Positions 1 to 9,239 of a DNA stretch of 64,000 nucleotides are shown here, piece by piece. The DNA is from Candidatus Daviesbacteria bacterium (GTDB taxonomy: Bacteria; Patescibacteriota; Microgenomatia; Daviesbacterales; UBA10151). The notes beneath the pieces are model-generated. The model made no database searches and had not been told where the DNA came from. It saw only the letters and a list, made by a program, of their open reading frames with translations. The stretch covers positions 17,521 to 81,520 of the forward strand of contig JAQTPP010000001.1 in assembly GCA_028712705.1 (NCBI GenBank), in the 5' to 3' direction. The position numbers and the translations under genes were made by a program. Numbering within the stretch: position 1 is the first letter of the stretch; each line of letters opens with the position of its first letter.

Positions 1-2
1 CT

Positions 3-1658
3 TCTCTGCAGCAAATTTTTGCCATTTTTGTTTATATTTTTAATATCTTGCAAAGACTGTTTAAAGCAATTTTTAATAATCAGCGGACATTTGAAGCAAA
101 ACATATTCCGATTAAAGTTTCCGGAGTTGACGAACGCCCTATCACAAAACCGCTAACAACGCAGCAAAAAGAGGCCGTTATTGCTGATGTATTGGTACAA
201 AATGTGGCAGGGCAAAGTAAAATCTGGAAATATCCACCTTTAAATTTATTATCTGATAAGGTGGGATCGGCTGCTGAAAGAGGTAATGTTAAAGATAACG
301 CTAATATTATCGAAAAAACGCTAGATTCATTTGGGATTCAGGCAAATGTGGCAGAAGTCAACGGCGGGCCGGCAGTAACACAATATGCGCTGCGTATCTC
401 AGCAGGAACCAAAATTTCGAAGATTGCCAATTTACAGCATGATATTGCGCTGTCTCTGGCTACGCCTACCGGTACTGTCAGAATTGAGGCGCCTATTCCC
501 GGAAAATCCCTGGTTGGTATCGAGGTACCAAACCGCTCTCTTGAGATAGTCGGCTTGAAACAGATTTTAGCATCGGAAGAGATGCAGAAACATAAATCAA
601 GACTGGCTGTTGCACTGGGACGGGATACTTCTTCAAAGCCAATGATTGTAGATATAGACAAGATGCCTCACGTTCTGATTGCCGGTACAACCGGTTCAGG
701 TAAATCGGTGTTAATTAATGCAGTTATTGCTTCTTTGCTTTTCAGGAATTCACCGGACACCTTGAAGATGATTTTGATTGATCCAAAAAGGGTAGAGCTG
801 ACAAACTACAATGGCGTTCCTCATCTTCTGACACCGGTTATTACGGAACCGGAAAAGATTCTATCTTCTTTGAAGTGGGCAATGGCCGAGATGGATAGAC
901 GCTATAAATTATTCCAGTCAGTCGGAGTACGTAATATCACAGGTTATAATGAAATGTCCGGTTTTCAGGCTCTGCCATATATTATCATTATTGTTGACGA
1001 ATTGGCCGATTTGATGATGTTTGCGCCGGTTGAGATTGAGGATGCAATTACCAGGATTGCCCAATTGGCCAGAGCAACAGGAATTCATCTGGTGGTGGCA
1101 ACCCAGCGGCCTTCTGTTGACGTTATTACAGGTTTAATCAAAGCCAATATCCCCTGCCGGATTGCATTTAACGTATCTTCCATGATTGACTCCCGGGTTA
1201 TTTTAGACGGACCCGGGGCGGAAAAATTGTTGGGACGGGGAGACATGTTGTTTTTGCCTCCGGATGCTTCAAAACCGATTCGTATTCAAGGAGTGTTTGT
1301 CCAGGATAATGAGATCGAGAGTTTGATTAAATACCTTAAGAATACCGGTATTGCGCCGGAATATACCACAGAGGTAACGGAGATGCCGCTGGGTAGGTGG
1401 AGCGGAAGAGGCGGTAATGGAGGCGAAAAAGACCAGTTATTTGAGGAGGCAGTTAAAACTATTTGCCAATACGATCGGGCTTCGGCATCCCTGCTTCAAA
1501 GAAGGCTCAAGGTCGGTTATGCCAGGGCTGCCAGGATTTTAGATGAACTGGAGGCAGCAGGAATAGTCGGTCCGGGTGAAGGCAGCAAACCCCGGGATGT
1601 ATTGGTGAGAAATGCTGAGGAATATTTTGCTGCTCAACAAACTACGAGCGAAAATTAA
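3..1658 (+). CDS. ftsK: DNA translocase FtsK (5'-partial)
   Basis: MPHVLIAGTTGSGKS Walker A, IIVDELADLM Walker B, C-terminal gamma domain (ASLLQRRLKVGYARAARILDELE); frame is open back to the window edge. Confidence 0.97.
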   Translation, partial: SLQQIFAIFVYIFNILQRLFKAIFNNQRTFEAKHIPIKVSGVDERPITKPLTTQQKEAVIADVLVQNVAGQSKIWKYPPLNLLSDKVGSAAERGNVKDNANIIEKTLDSFGIQANVAEVNGGPAVTQYALRISAGTKISKIANLQHDIALSLATPTGTVRIEAPIPGKSLVGIEVPNRSLEIVGLKQILASEEMQKHKSRLAVALGRDTSSKPMIVDIDKMPHVLIAGTTGSGKSVLINAVIASLLFRNSPDTLKMILIDPKRVELTNYNGVPHLLTPVITEPEKILSSLKWAMAEMDRRYKLFQSVGVRNITGYNEMSGFQALPYIIIIVDELADLMMFAPVEIEDAITRIAQLARATGIHLVVATQRPSVDVITGLIKANIPCRIAFNVSSMIDSRVILDGPGAEKLLGRGDMLFLPPDASKPIRIQGVFVQDNEIESLIKYLKNTGIAPEYTTEVTEMPLGRWSGRGGNGGEKDQLFEEAVKTICQYDRASASLLQRRLKVGYARAARILDELEAAGIVGPGEGSKPRDVLVRNAEEYFAAQQTTSEN

Positions 1659-1759
1659 ATTCAGTATTTAAAAATCAATTTATTCACGATCGTGAACATT
1701 TTGAATCCTTAACTATTAACTTTAGAATACTGAGGTGTAGCTACAATTCCACCCCCGAG

Positions 1760-2395
1760 GTGGAAGCAGGAATAATGGCAGATTATGAATTTGGTACAAT
1801 TGAGCGGATGGAAGCTTTAGATTTAACTTTTGAAGAAACAGATCAGATTATAAAACTTTTAAAATCTGGCAAAGTTGGTGTAATGCCGACAGATACCATT
1901 TATGGTATTGTAGGATCAGCCCTCAGTCCTGAAACTGTCGAAAGAATTTATACCCTGCGAAAAAGAGATTCCACTAAACCAATGATTGTTTTAATTTCCT
2001 CCTTGGGTGATTTGCAAAAATTCGGTATTTCTTTAACAGAAAAACAAAAAAGTTTTTTGCAGAAAATTTGGCCCAATCCCGTTAGCGTTGTTTTGCCATG
2101 CCTTCAAGAAAGATTTTCTTATCTTCACAGAGGCAAAAAAAGTTTAGCATTTAGAATGCCTAAAAGTATTATGCTTTTAAATATTTTAGAAAAAGCTGGG
2201 CCTTTAGTTGCACCTAGTGCAAATTTTGAAGATAGTAAACCAGCCGAAACTATTGCTGAAGCAAAAAAATATTTCGAGGATAATGTATCTTTTTATGTAG
2301 ACGGAGGAAAATTAAAGTCTAAACCTTCGACAATCGTTAGACTATACAAGGACGGCACGCGGATAGTTTTAAGAGAAGGCGCTTACAGGGTATAA
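1760..2395 (+). CDS. tsaC: L-threonylcarbamoyladenylate synthase (TsaC/Sua5 YrdC domain); start uncertain
   Basis: PTDTIYG, K-R..KP, APSAN and PSTIV motifs. Confidence 0.9.
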   Translation: MEAGIMADYEFGTIERMEALDLTFEETDQIIKLLKSGKVGVMPTDTIYGIVGSALSPETVERIYTLRKRDSTKPMIVLISSLGDLQKFGISLTEKQKSFLQKIWPNPVSVVLPCLQERFSYLHRGKKSLAFRMPKSIMLLNILEKAGPLVAPSANFEDSKPAETIAEAKKYFEDNVSFYVDGGKLKSKPSTIVRLYKDGTRIVLREGAYRV

Positions 2396-2405
2396 TATCG
2401 GTTAC

Positions 2406-3044
2406 ATGAGAACTGCTGGACAGATTTTAAAAGAAGAAAGAGAAAGAAAATTTTATACTCTGGACGAGATTGAGAAAGCTACAAAGATTAGAAAAGAACT
2501 GTTAGAGGCGTTAGAAGCAGGTCAGTATTCAAAACTTCCTCCACAAACTTTTGTTCAGGGTTTTATTAAAAATTACGGTAAATTCCTGGGACTCAGTCAG
2601 GATAAATTATTGGCAATATACAGGAGAGAATTTTCTGAATCGAAACATCCTCCCAGGATTTTGGATTCATTTAAGGAGCCTATTGAAAAGAAAAAATTTA
2701 AGCTTACACCGGCAAGAGCTTTGGGAAGTGTAGTTTTAGGTCTTATTATTATTTTTTTTGTCTATCTTTGGATCCAATATAGATTTTTGGTAGGGGGACC
2801 ATTTTTGGAGGTAAGCCAACCGGTTAACCAATTTAATACAACTTCTCCGGCAGTGCAGGTTACCGGCAGAACAGATCCCGAGGCGAAAGTAAGCATTAAC
2901 AATCAAGAAGTTGGAGTAGATACCTCCGGAAGATTCTCGCAAGAGATTAAGCTGACTGATAATATAAGCAATATAGAAATTAGCGCTAAATCAAAAAGCG
3001 GCCAAGTCACAAAAATTGAAAGAACGGTTTTTTTGAAAAAATGA
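2406..3044 (+). CDS. RodZ-like HTH + TM + Ig-like protein
   Basis: N-terminal HTH (LEALEAGQYSKLP..FVQGFIKNYGKFLGL), one TM segment, beta-rich C-terminus. Confidence 0.8.
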   Translation: MRTAGQILKEERERKFYTLDEIEKATKIRKELLEALEAGQYSKLPPQTFVQGFIKNYGKFLGLSQDKLLAIYRREFSESKHPPRILDSFKEPIEKKKFKLTPARALGSVVLGLIIIFFVYLWIQYRFLVGGPFLEVSQPVNQFNTTSPAVQVTGRTDPEAKVSINNQEVGVDTSGRFSQEIKLTDNISNIEISAKSKSGQVTKIERTVFLKK

Positions 3045-3045
3045 C

Positions 3046-3120
3046 CCCGATTTATCGTGGGTCATCCTGAGCGATTAGCGACCGCGTGCCGCCATAGCTT
3101 TAGCGGTGGCGCAAGGATCT
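3046..3120. repeat. Composite REP-like palindromic element with nested hairpin
   Basis: GTCATCCTGAGCGATTAGCGA...AGGATCT matches 10203-10230 but is interrupted by a 32-nt hairpin; preceded by CCCCGATTTATCGTGGG. Confidence 0.75.
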
Positions 3121-3143
3121 ATTGTTATGTTAAACTTAAGCTC

Positions 3144-3434
3144 GTGGATTATTTACAAATTGCTTTAATTTTCTTGATTTTGCTGTTATCTATCTTCCTG
3201 GCCATTACCGGTATTCAAGTATTTTTTATTTTGCGGGATTTGAAGAAAGCTCTGGATAAATTTAATGCAATTTTGCAGACAGGTGAGAACTTGGCAGAAG
3301 ATATTGAAAGGCCGGTGGCAGCTGCCAGTAGTCTGGCAACCAGCACAGGGGCAGCGGTTGTTTCAGGTGCAGCTAAGGCACTGGAAAAAATCATCAAACC
3401 CAAACCAAAGAGATTTTATAAAAAGGTTCTGTAG
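3144..3434 (+). CDS. Small membrane protein (TM + coiled coil)
   Basis: GTG start 7 nt after TGTTAAACT -10 box; the longer predicted N-terminus is read through a repeat. Confidence 0.7.
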   Translation: MDYLQIALIFLILLLSIFLAITGIQVFFILRDLKKALDKFNAILQTGENLAEDIERPVAAASSLATSTGAAVVSGAAKALEKIIKPKPKRFYKKVL

Positions 3435-3437
3435 ATT

Positions 3438-3662
3438 TTATCTAACAAATTTTTCTAGTTCTTTTTTAGTCATGCCAGCCTGTTTAAGGATGCTAGTGAA
3501 TGTGCCAATAGCTATTTCTTTATGATTTGGAACAATGACAGTAAAATGTTTATTTCCTTGTCTTTTAAAGAGTTTAATATGACTTCCTCTTTGGCTGATA
3601 ATAGAAAATCCTGCTCTTAGCAACGCTGAAAGTATGATGCGTGCAGAATATAACTTAGGCAT
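3438..3662 (-). CDS. hicA: HicA-family toxin (mRNA interferase)
   Basis: 74 aa, GF...QRGSH...VP.H.EI..GT...ILKQAG signature. Confidence 0.9.
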   Translation of the reverse strand: MPKLYSARIILSALLRAGFSIISQRGSHIKLFKRQGNKHFTVIVPNHKEIAIGTFTSILKQAGMTKKELEKFVR

Positions 3663-3870
3663 TAACTTGGATGGATAAATCTTGAAGTCTTGGTTTGTTT
3701 ACTGGAGTTAGTTCGATATTAGATTGGTCTTCAAAGTATAATTCAAGAGCCTCTTTTAAATTGTCCAAAGCTTCTGTGTGGGTTTTGCCCTGACTAGTTA
3801 CTTCTATCTCTAGAGCTTTGGCAACATACCATTTATCTTCTTTCCATACTACAGAATGAATTCTTTTCAT
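3655..3870 (-). CDS. hicB: HicB-family antitoxin (short form)
   Basis: WYVA.....VTSQGKTHTEALDNLKEALELY signature; ATG 6 nt after TGGTATAAT. Confidence 0.88.
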   Translation of the reverse strand: MKRIHSVVWKEDKWYVAKALEIEVTSQGKTHTEALDNLKEALELYFEDQSNIELTPVNKPRLQDLSIQVNA

Positions 3871-3942
3871 AGGTGTATTATACCATTTACTTGATAGAGG
3901 TTTATGCTTCGTTTGGAGGATAATAAGTGGTAAAATACCAAC

Positions 3943-5733
3943 ATGACGTCTCAAGAATTAAGAGCAAAATTTTTAAAATTTTTTGAAAAGAATGATCACA
4001 AAATTATTCCTTCTGCCTCTTTGGTACCCTCGGAAGAAGAACAGCTTGAGGGTAAGGAAAAAGTTTTATTTACCAGCGCCGGAATGCAACCCTTAATCCC
4101 CTATCTCACAGGACAAAAAGAGCCGCCTAACAAAAAATTGGCCGATGTCCAAAAGTGCTTAAGGACAGACGATATTGAAAAAGTGGGAGATGCAGTTCAT
4201 CATACTTTTTTTGAGATGTTAGGTAATTGGTCCATAGGTGATTATTGGAAAGAAGAAGCAATCAGATTGTCTTTTGAATTTCTAACACAGGAACTAGAAA
4301 TACCTATAGAAAAACTTGCTATTTCTGTTTTTGCTGGAGATGAAGATGCGCCAAAAGATGAGGAGTCGGCTCAAATATGGAAGAGTTTAGGGATTTCTGA
4401 GAAAAGAATATTTTACTTTGGTAAAAATCATAATTGGTGGCCTACAGGTGAAAAATCAGGTCTGTGCGGTCCTGATACAGAAATGTTTTATTGGATAGGC
4501 GAGGGCAAACCGGAAGGGAAGCCGAATGAAGATTCACGATGGGTGGAGATTTGGAATGATGTTTTCATGCAGTTTAATAGAAAAGAAGACGGTACTTTAG
4601 AAGATTTGCCTCAAAAAAATGTGGATACAGGAATGGGTTTAGAAAGAACCTTGGCTGTATTAAATGGAAAAGAAAGTGATTATGAGACTGATTTGTTTAA
4701 ACCAATAATGAATGCAATAAGCGAGATGGGTCGATTTGAAATAAAGATGGAGCGGATAATAGCGGATCATCTTAAAGCTGCTGTTTTTCTAATTCTTGAT
4801 GGGGTTAGACCCGGGAATAAACAAGAGAGTTATGTATTGAGGAGACTTTTAAGAAGGTCTTCCGTATTGATTACTCGATATCCTGTTGAACAAGAATTAC
4901 ATTGGGGAACGTTTTCAAGAAATTTAGTTGAGGCATTATTTAATATTTATGATGGTTATTACGGTATAGAGATGGGGAATAATGTAAAGAAACAGGAAGT
5001 TGCTGAAGTAATTATTTCAGAAGTGGATAAATTCGAAAAGACTTTAAGGAGCGGATTAAAAGAAATTGAAAAGATTGAAAAGATTGATGGTAAAAAGGCT
5101 TTTGATTTGTACCAAACTTTCGGATTCCCTTATGAAGTAACTGAAGAATTATTTAGGCAAAAAGGTCAGCAAATTGACCGTGAGCAGTTTAAAGCAGAAT
5201 TTGAAAAACATCGTGAACTTTCCAGAACTGCTTCCAGTGGTATGTTTAAAGGAGGGTTAGCAGACCATAGTGAAATGGTGATTAAATACCATACTGCTAC
5301 TCACCTTTTGCATCGGGCCTTGCGGGATGTTTTGGGGCCGGAGGTTTTTCAAAAAGGTTCCAATATCACAGCTGAAAGATTAAGATTTGATTTTTCTTTT
5401 GATCGGAAGATGACGGATGAGGAAATAGAACGAGTTGAAGACTTGGTAAATGAAAAAATTAAAGAAGATTTAGTAGTTACAAAAGAAGTAATGGATAAAG
5501 ATAGTGCTTTACAAAGTGGGGCTTTGGGATTTTTCAATGAGAAATATGGGGATAAGGTCAAAGTTTATACAATAGGTAACCCTTCGACAGGCTCAGGGTC
5601 TCCCTTTTCAAGGGAGATTTGCGGCGGGCCGCATATTGAGCGTACCGGAGCAATAGGGAAAATTCAGATAATAAAAGAAGAAGCAGTGTCTTCCGGCATA
5701 CGTCGAATTAGGGCGGAAATTGTGTTAAGATAA
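3943..5733 (+). CDS. alaS: Alanine--tRNA ligase (short form, no C-Ala domain)
   Basis: LFTSAGMQP, HHTFFEMLGNWS, VDTGMGLER, HTATHLL, EICGGPH. Confidence 0.97.
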   Translation: MTSQELRAKFLKFFEKNDHKIIPSASLVPSEEEQLEGKEKVLFTSAGMQPLIPYLTGQKEPPNKKLADVQKCLRTDDIEKVGDAVHHTFFEMLGNWSIGDYWKEEAIRLSFEFLTQELEIPIEKLAISVFAGDEDAPKDEESAQIWKSLGISEKRIFYFGKNHNWWPTGEKSGLCGPDTEMFYWIGEGKPEGKPNEDSRWVEIWNDVFMQFNRKEDGTLEDLPQKNVDTGMGLERTLAVLNGKESDYETDLFKPIMNAISEMGRFEIKMERIIADHLKAAVFLILDGVRPGNKQESYVLRRLLRRSSVLITRYPVEQELHWGTFSRNLVEALFNIYDGYYGIEMGNNVKKQEVAEVIISEVDKFEKTLRSGLKEIEKIEKIDGKKAFDLYQTFGFPYEVTEELFRQKGQQIDREQFKAEFEKHRELSRTASSGMFKGGLADHSEMVIKYHTATHLLHRALRDVLGPEVFQKGSNITAERLRFDFSFDRKMTDEEIERVEDLVNEKIKEDLVVTKEVMDKDSALQSGALGFFNEKYGDKVKVYTIGNPSTGSGSPFSREICGGPHIERTGAIGKIQIIKEEAVSSGIRRIRAEIVLR

Positions 5734-5739
5734 TTTAAA

Positions 5740-7947
5740 ATGAGCTTTCTAAGCAATCTCGCTAATCTATTACCAATTGGTAAAAAAGAAGAAACGAAGG
5801 AATATTTTTTTGCGCTTAATATCGGAACGGAAACTTTGACGGCCGCCCTTTGGGTTATTGAAGGTTTAAACTTAAAAATTTTAGAAACAGCTTCAGATAA
5901 TTACTCTTCGAATGATGATATTGCGACTGTTACGGATAAACTTTTGGATCAGGTTTTAGGCCTAAAAGAAATTGAACCCCAAAAAATTCTCTTTGGTGTA
6001 CCAAATTCCTGGATTGCGGATGAAAATCTAAAAGATGAGTATTTAAAGATTCTTAAAAGTTTGGTGAAAGAATTGGAACTAGTTCCAATGGCATACGTCG
6101 CCACAAGTCATGCCTTAATTCATTTCTTGGAGAAACAAGAAGGTGTCCCGACAACTGCCATACTGGTCGGTTTTGAGAAGCAACATCTAACCGTAATTGT
6201 GGTTCGGGCAGGGAAACTTGATGGTGTAAGAGTTATAGCGAGAGGAGAAACTGCTGGTTCGGATATAGAAAAAGCGCTACTTGCATTTACGGATGTGGAG
6301 ACTTTGCCTTCTAAGATTTTAATTTATGGGGAACAAGCTGAAAATTTAAAAAGCCAATTGCTGTCTTTTTCCTGGATGTCAAAACTTTCTTTCCTGCATC
6401 TTCCCAAAATAGATGTTTTGGGAGACGATGCTCCGATTAAAAGTGTTTGTTTGGCCGGAGGATCGGAGATAAACAGTGATATTAAATTTACCGAGCAGCA
6501 TATTCAAAAGTCTCCTGTCAAATCGACTTTGATTGATACCGGCGAGGAAGAGGTTAAGAATAAGATTGAGGTGGATGATTCTGCTGCCCAAGAAAATTTC
6601 GGATTTGTTGTCGGAGATGTTTCGAATCAGGAAAGATCAGTCCCGATTGAATCGGAGTCGGAAAATCAAGAAACTGGTGAATTAGAGGAACCAGAGAAAC
6701 TGGAAAGAGAAAAAGAACTTGTGGTTTCGCAAGAGCATGCTCTAGAAGTTGAGGATTTTGAGCAAGAAACGCATAAAGAAAAATTTAATCTCAAACGATT
6801 TATCCTAAAACAAAATTTTACAACTATGACTATAATTATCGGGGTAATTCTGGCACTAGTTTTGATTGGAGGCGCTTATGTTTTTCTACCAAAAGCAAAC
6901 ATGAAGATTTTTGTAGAACCGAAGATTGTAGAGCGGGATACCCAAGTTGTGGCCGATCCAAATCAAAAAACCGTTAATGAAGACGGGAAAATTATTCCGG
7001 GACAGATTATCGAGACGGAAGTATCCGGATCGGCAAAAGACAGCGCTTCCGGTAAAAGACAAATTGGCGATCCGGCAAAGGGGACGATTGTGCTTTACAA
7101 TAAAACTTTAGATTCCATTTCTCTGAGTAAGGGAACACAAATTAGTAAAGGGAGTATAAAATTTACACTGGATACCAGTGCAACAATTGCCTCATCGTCA
7201 GCCAGTGATACCGGAATTGCTTTTGGTAAAGTTAACACTACAGTTACAGCAGTAGCAGTCGGAGCTGATGGAAATATTTCATCAGGTGCGGATATAACGA
7301 TTGCAGGATATTCGTCGGATAAATTAACAGCAAAATCAGAAGGTAATTTTTCCGGAGGAACCTCTAAGGATGTAACTGTTGTTTCAAGCGAGGATACTCA
7401 GCGACTTCTGGCCAAGTTATCTTCGGATTTAAGGCAACAAGCTCAACAGAAATTGCAGGAGAAATATCCTAACAAGAAAATTTTGGAAGAAGCGCTGTCG
7501 GAACAAATCATCAGTAAAAGCTATAACAAAAATATTAATGATCAGGCAAGTGAATTTTCGCTGAATATGACTATTCGCTATAAAGGTACGGCGTTTGATG
7601 ATAATGATCTTAAATTAATTGTTTCAAAATTAGTAGATATGCAAGTACCGGAAGGATTTAAACTTGATATTTCGGCAACCGAAACTCAGGCAGATGTTTC
7701 TAAGCTGGAAAAGGACGGGAAGTTGATATTTTTAGCAAGGTTTAAGGCAAAATTAATACCCAAGATCGATATGGATAAAATTAAAGATAAGATTAAATTT
7801 AAGAGTTACTCTGAAGCTACGAACATTATTAAAGAAATGGAGAATGTTTTGGGCTCCGAAATTAATATAACTCCTGCTTTACCGAAAGCGATCCAACGAC
7901 TGCCAATACTTTCAAAGAATATCACGATTGAGGTGGGGCTTAAATGA
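5740..7947 (+). CDS. Membrane protein: FtsA/PilM-like N-domain, TM, baseplate J-like C-domain
   Basis: FALNIG..L start resembles the actin-fold LDIG strand; TM at about residues 362-383; V.A...G..GNI...FSGG pattern of baseplate J-like domains. Confidence 0.6.
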   Translation: MSFLSNLANLLPIGKKEETKEYFFALNIGTETLTAALWVIEGLNLKILETASDNYSSNDDIATVTDKLLDQVLGLKEIEPQKILFGVPNSWIADENLKDEYLKILKSLVKELELVPMAYVATSHALIHFLEKQEGVPTTAILVGFEKQHLTVIVVRAGKLDGVRVIARGETAGSDIEKALLAFTDVETLPSKILIYGEQAENLKSQLLSFSWMSKLSFLHLPKIDVLGDDAPIKSVCLAGGSEINSDIKFTEQHIQKSPVKSTLIDTGEEEVKNKIEVDDSAAQENFGFVVGDVSNQERSVPIESESENQETGELEEPEKLEREKELVVSQEHALEVEDFEQETHKEKFNLKRFILKQNFTTMTIIIGVILALVLIGGAYVFLPKANMKIFVEPKIVERDTQVVADPNQKTVNEDGKIIPGQIIETEVSGSAKDSASGKRQIGDPAKGTIVLYNKTLDSISLSKGTQISKGSIKFTLDTSATIASSSASDTGIAFGKVNTTVTAVAVGADGNISSGADITIAGYSSDKLTAKSEGNFSGGTSKDVTVVSSEDTQRLLAKLSSDLRQQAQQKLQEKYPNKKILEEALSEQIISKSYNKNINDQASEFSLNMTIRYKGTAFDDNDLKLIVSKLVDMQVPEGFKLDISATETQADVSKLEKDGKLIFLARFKAKLIPKIDMDKIKDKIKFKSYSEATNIIKEMENVLGSEINITPALPKAIQRLPILSKNITIEVGLK

Positions 7948-8600
7948 TTGCTATTCTCCGCCGGTCCCAAGGAAAACTCATTTCAAGTTTATTTTTATCA
8001 GTTGGAATCTTTCTTTTGATACAAGTTATTGCACCACTTGTATCGTTTGAGGTATGGGCGATTGGACAGAAAATAAATAGCCGGACTTTGGTTAGTCCTG
8101 TTAAATCAAGCGAGCAAATTCTAGGTATTTCAGTGCAAGATCGGAATAATTTTCCTGCTTTTATTTCTTATTTGAAGAGGGAGACTCAACCCAATTATGA
8201 TCAGTTTAGCCTGTCTATTCCAAAATTAAAGATAGAAAGACAAGATGTTTTAGTTGATACGAATTATCTCTCGGAGAGCTTGGCTCATCTGTCAGGATCT
8301 GCTTTGCCGGGCGAGAAAGGTAATGTATTTATTTCCGGCCATTCTGCACTAAGTAAACTCTCCGCTATAAAAAGTGTCCCTTTTTCAAAACTACCTGAAT
8401 TAAAAAAAGGCGATCAAATTATTGTTGAAACTCTTGGGTCGAAGTTTGTTTATGAAGTTTCCGATTTTAAAGTTGTTGATCCGACAGATTTATCCGTCGT
8501 AGAAGCGCCGGAAACTCAAGGTAGATACATTTCTTTGATGACTTGTGTACCACCGGGTTTAAACCTAAAGCGATTGGTTGTTTTAGGGAAAATGATATAA
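7944..8600 (+). CDS. Sortase
   Basis: N-terminal TM, ALPGEKGNVFISGH, ISLMTC.P catalytic motif, RLVV. Confidence 0.92.
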   Translation: MIAILRRSQGKLISSLFLSVGIFLLIQVIAPLVSFEVWAIGQKINSRTLVSPVKSSEQILGISVQDRNNFPAFISYLKRETQPNYDQFSLSIPKLKIERQDVLVDTNYLSESLAHLSGSALPGEKGNVFISGHSALSKLSAIKSVPFSKLPELKKGDQIIVETLGSKFVYEVSDFKVVDPTDLSVVEAPETQGRYISLMTCVPPGLNLKRLVVLGKMI

Positions 8601-8601
8601 T

Positions 8602-8684
8602 GGAGCAGCTCGTTACGTACAAAATATGCTAACTTGCTGGCTCGTCGATGCACAAAGCCAACTTACCTGCGACTTCGCTGCTCC
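8602..8684 (+). repeat. Post-stop stem-loop family, copy 1
   Basis: GGAGCAGC...GCTGCTCC closing stem; shares AGCT.GT..C..TACAAAA and TGYGACTTYGCT with 20124 and 29372. Confidence 0.7.
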
Positions 8685-8702
8685 TTATAGATTTATAATC
8701 AC

Positions 8703-8856
8703 TAGCAGAAAACCCCGCTTTCTTAAAGCGGGGATGAATGCTAAAGTGATTACAGTCTTCCGCGGAAAGTTCGGTGGAATAAGCAAGGTAGGGTTTTCTG
8801 CTGTTCTTGTAAACTTGAAAGGAGAAAACCGCGGATTTTCAGTCCGCGGAAGTTTA
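8703..8856 (+). mobile_element. Possible non-autonomous IS200/IS605-type (PATE-like) element
   Basis: Left hairpin GAAAACCCCGCTTTCTTAAAGCGGGGATGAA and right hairpin GAAAACCGCGGATTTTCAGTCCGCGGAAG resemble IS605 subterminal palindromes; no transposase ORF. Confidence 0.5.
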
Positions 8857-9239
8857 TGAAATATCTTGGAATAGATTTTGGAATGAAAAGAATAGGATTG
8901 GCAATTTCAGAAGGAGAGCTTGCTTCTCCGTGGCAGATTTTAGAAGTTAAAGGTTTCTCCGAGACGATAGAAAAAATTTCACAAATTATTAAAAATGGAC
9001 AATTTCAAAAAGTAATTGTAGGATTACCTGAGGGGAAAATGGGGCAAAACGTGAGAGGCTTTGTTAAGGCTTTAAACAAAATGGGGATTGGGATAGAAAC
9101 TATGGATGAAACGCTATCCAGCAAAAAGGCTTTACAGGCAATGATTGAGCAAGGCATTGGTGTAAAAAAGCGCCGAAACGAGGATGCCTATTCCGCCGCA
9201 GAAATTTTGCAGAATTTTTTAGATAAAGCAAAAATATGA
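8856..9239 (+). CDS. ruvX: YqgF/RuvX pre-16S rRNA nuclease
   Basis: YLGIDFGMKRIGLA, IVGLP, DETLSS, AAEILQNFL. Confidence 0.92.
   Translation: MKYLGIDFGMKRIGLAISEGELASPWQILEVKGFSETIEKISQIIKNGQFQKVIVGLPEGKMGQNVRGFVKALNKMGIGIETMDETLSSKKALQAMIEQGIGVKKRRNEDAYSAAEILQNFLDKAKI

Noticed and set aside
1683-1696. Perfect 14-bp palindrome TTCACGATCGTGAA upstream of tsaC
   Set aside because: Single copy with no identifiable cognate regulator; cannot be distinguished from chance
5740-7947. Prophage or contractile injection system suggested by the baseplate-J-like domain
   Set aside because: No tail, capsid, terminase or integrase genes nearby; the flanking genes are housekeeping
8626-8859. 77-aa ORF between sortase and yqgF
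   Set aside because: Runs entirely through palindromic repeats and has no recognisable protein features
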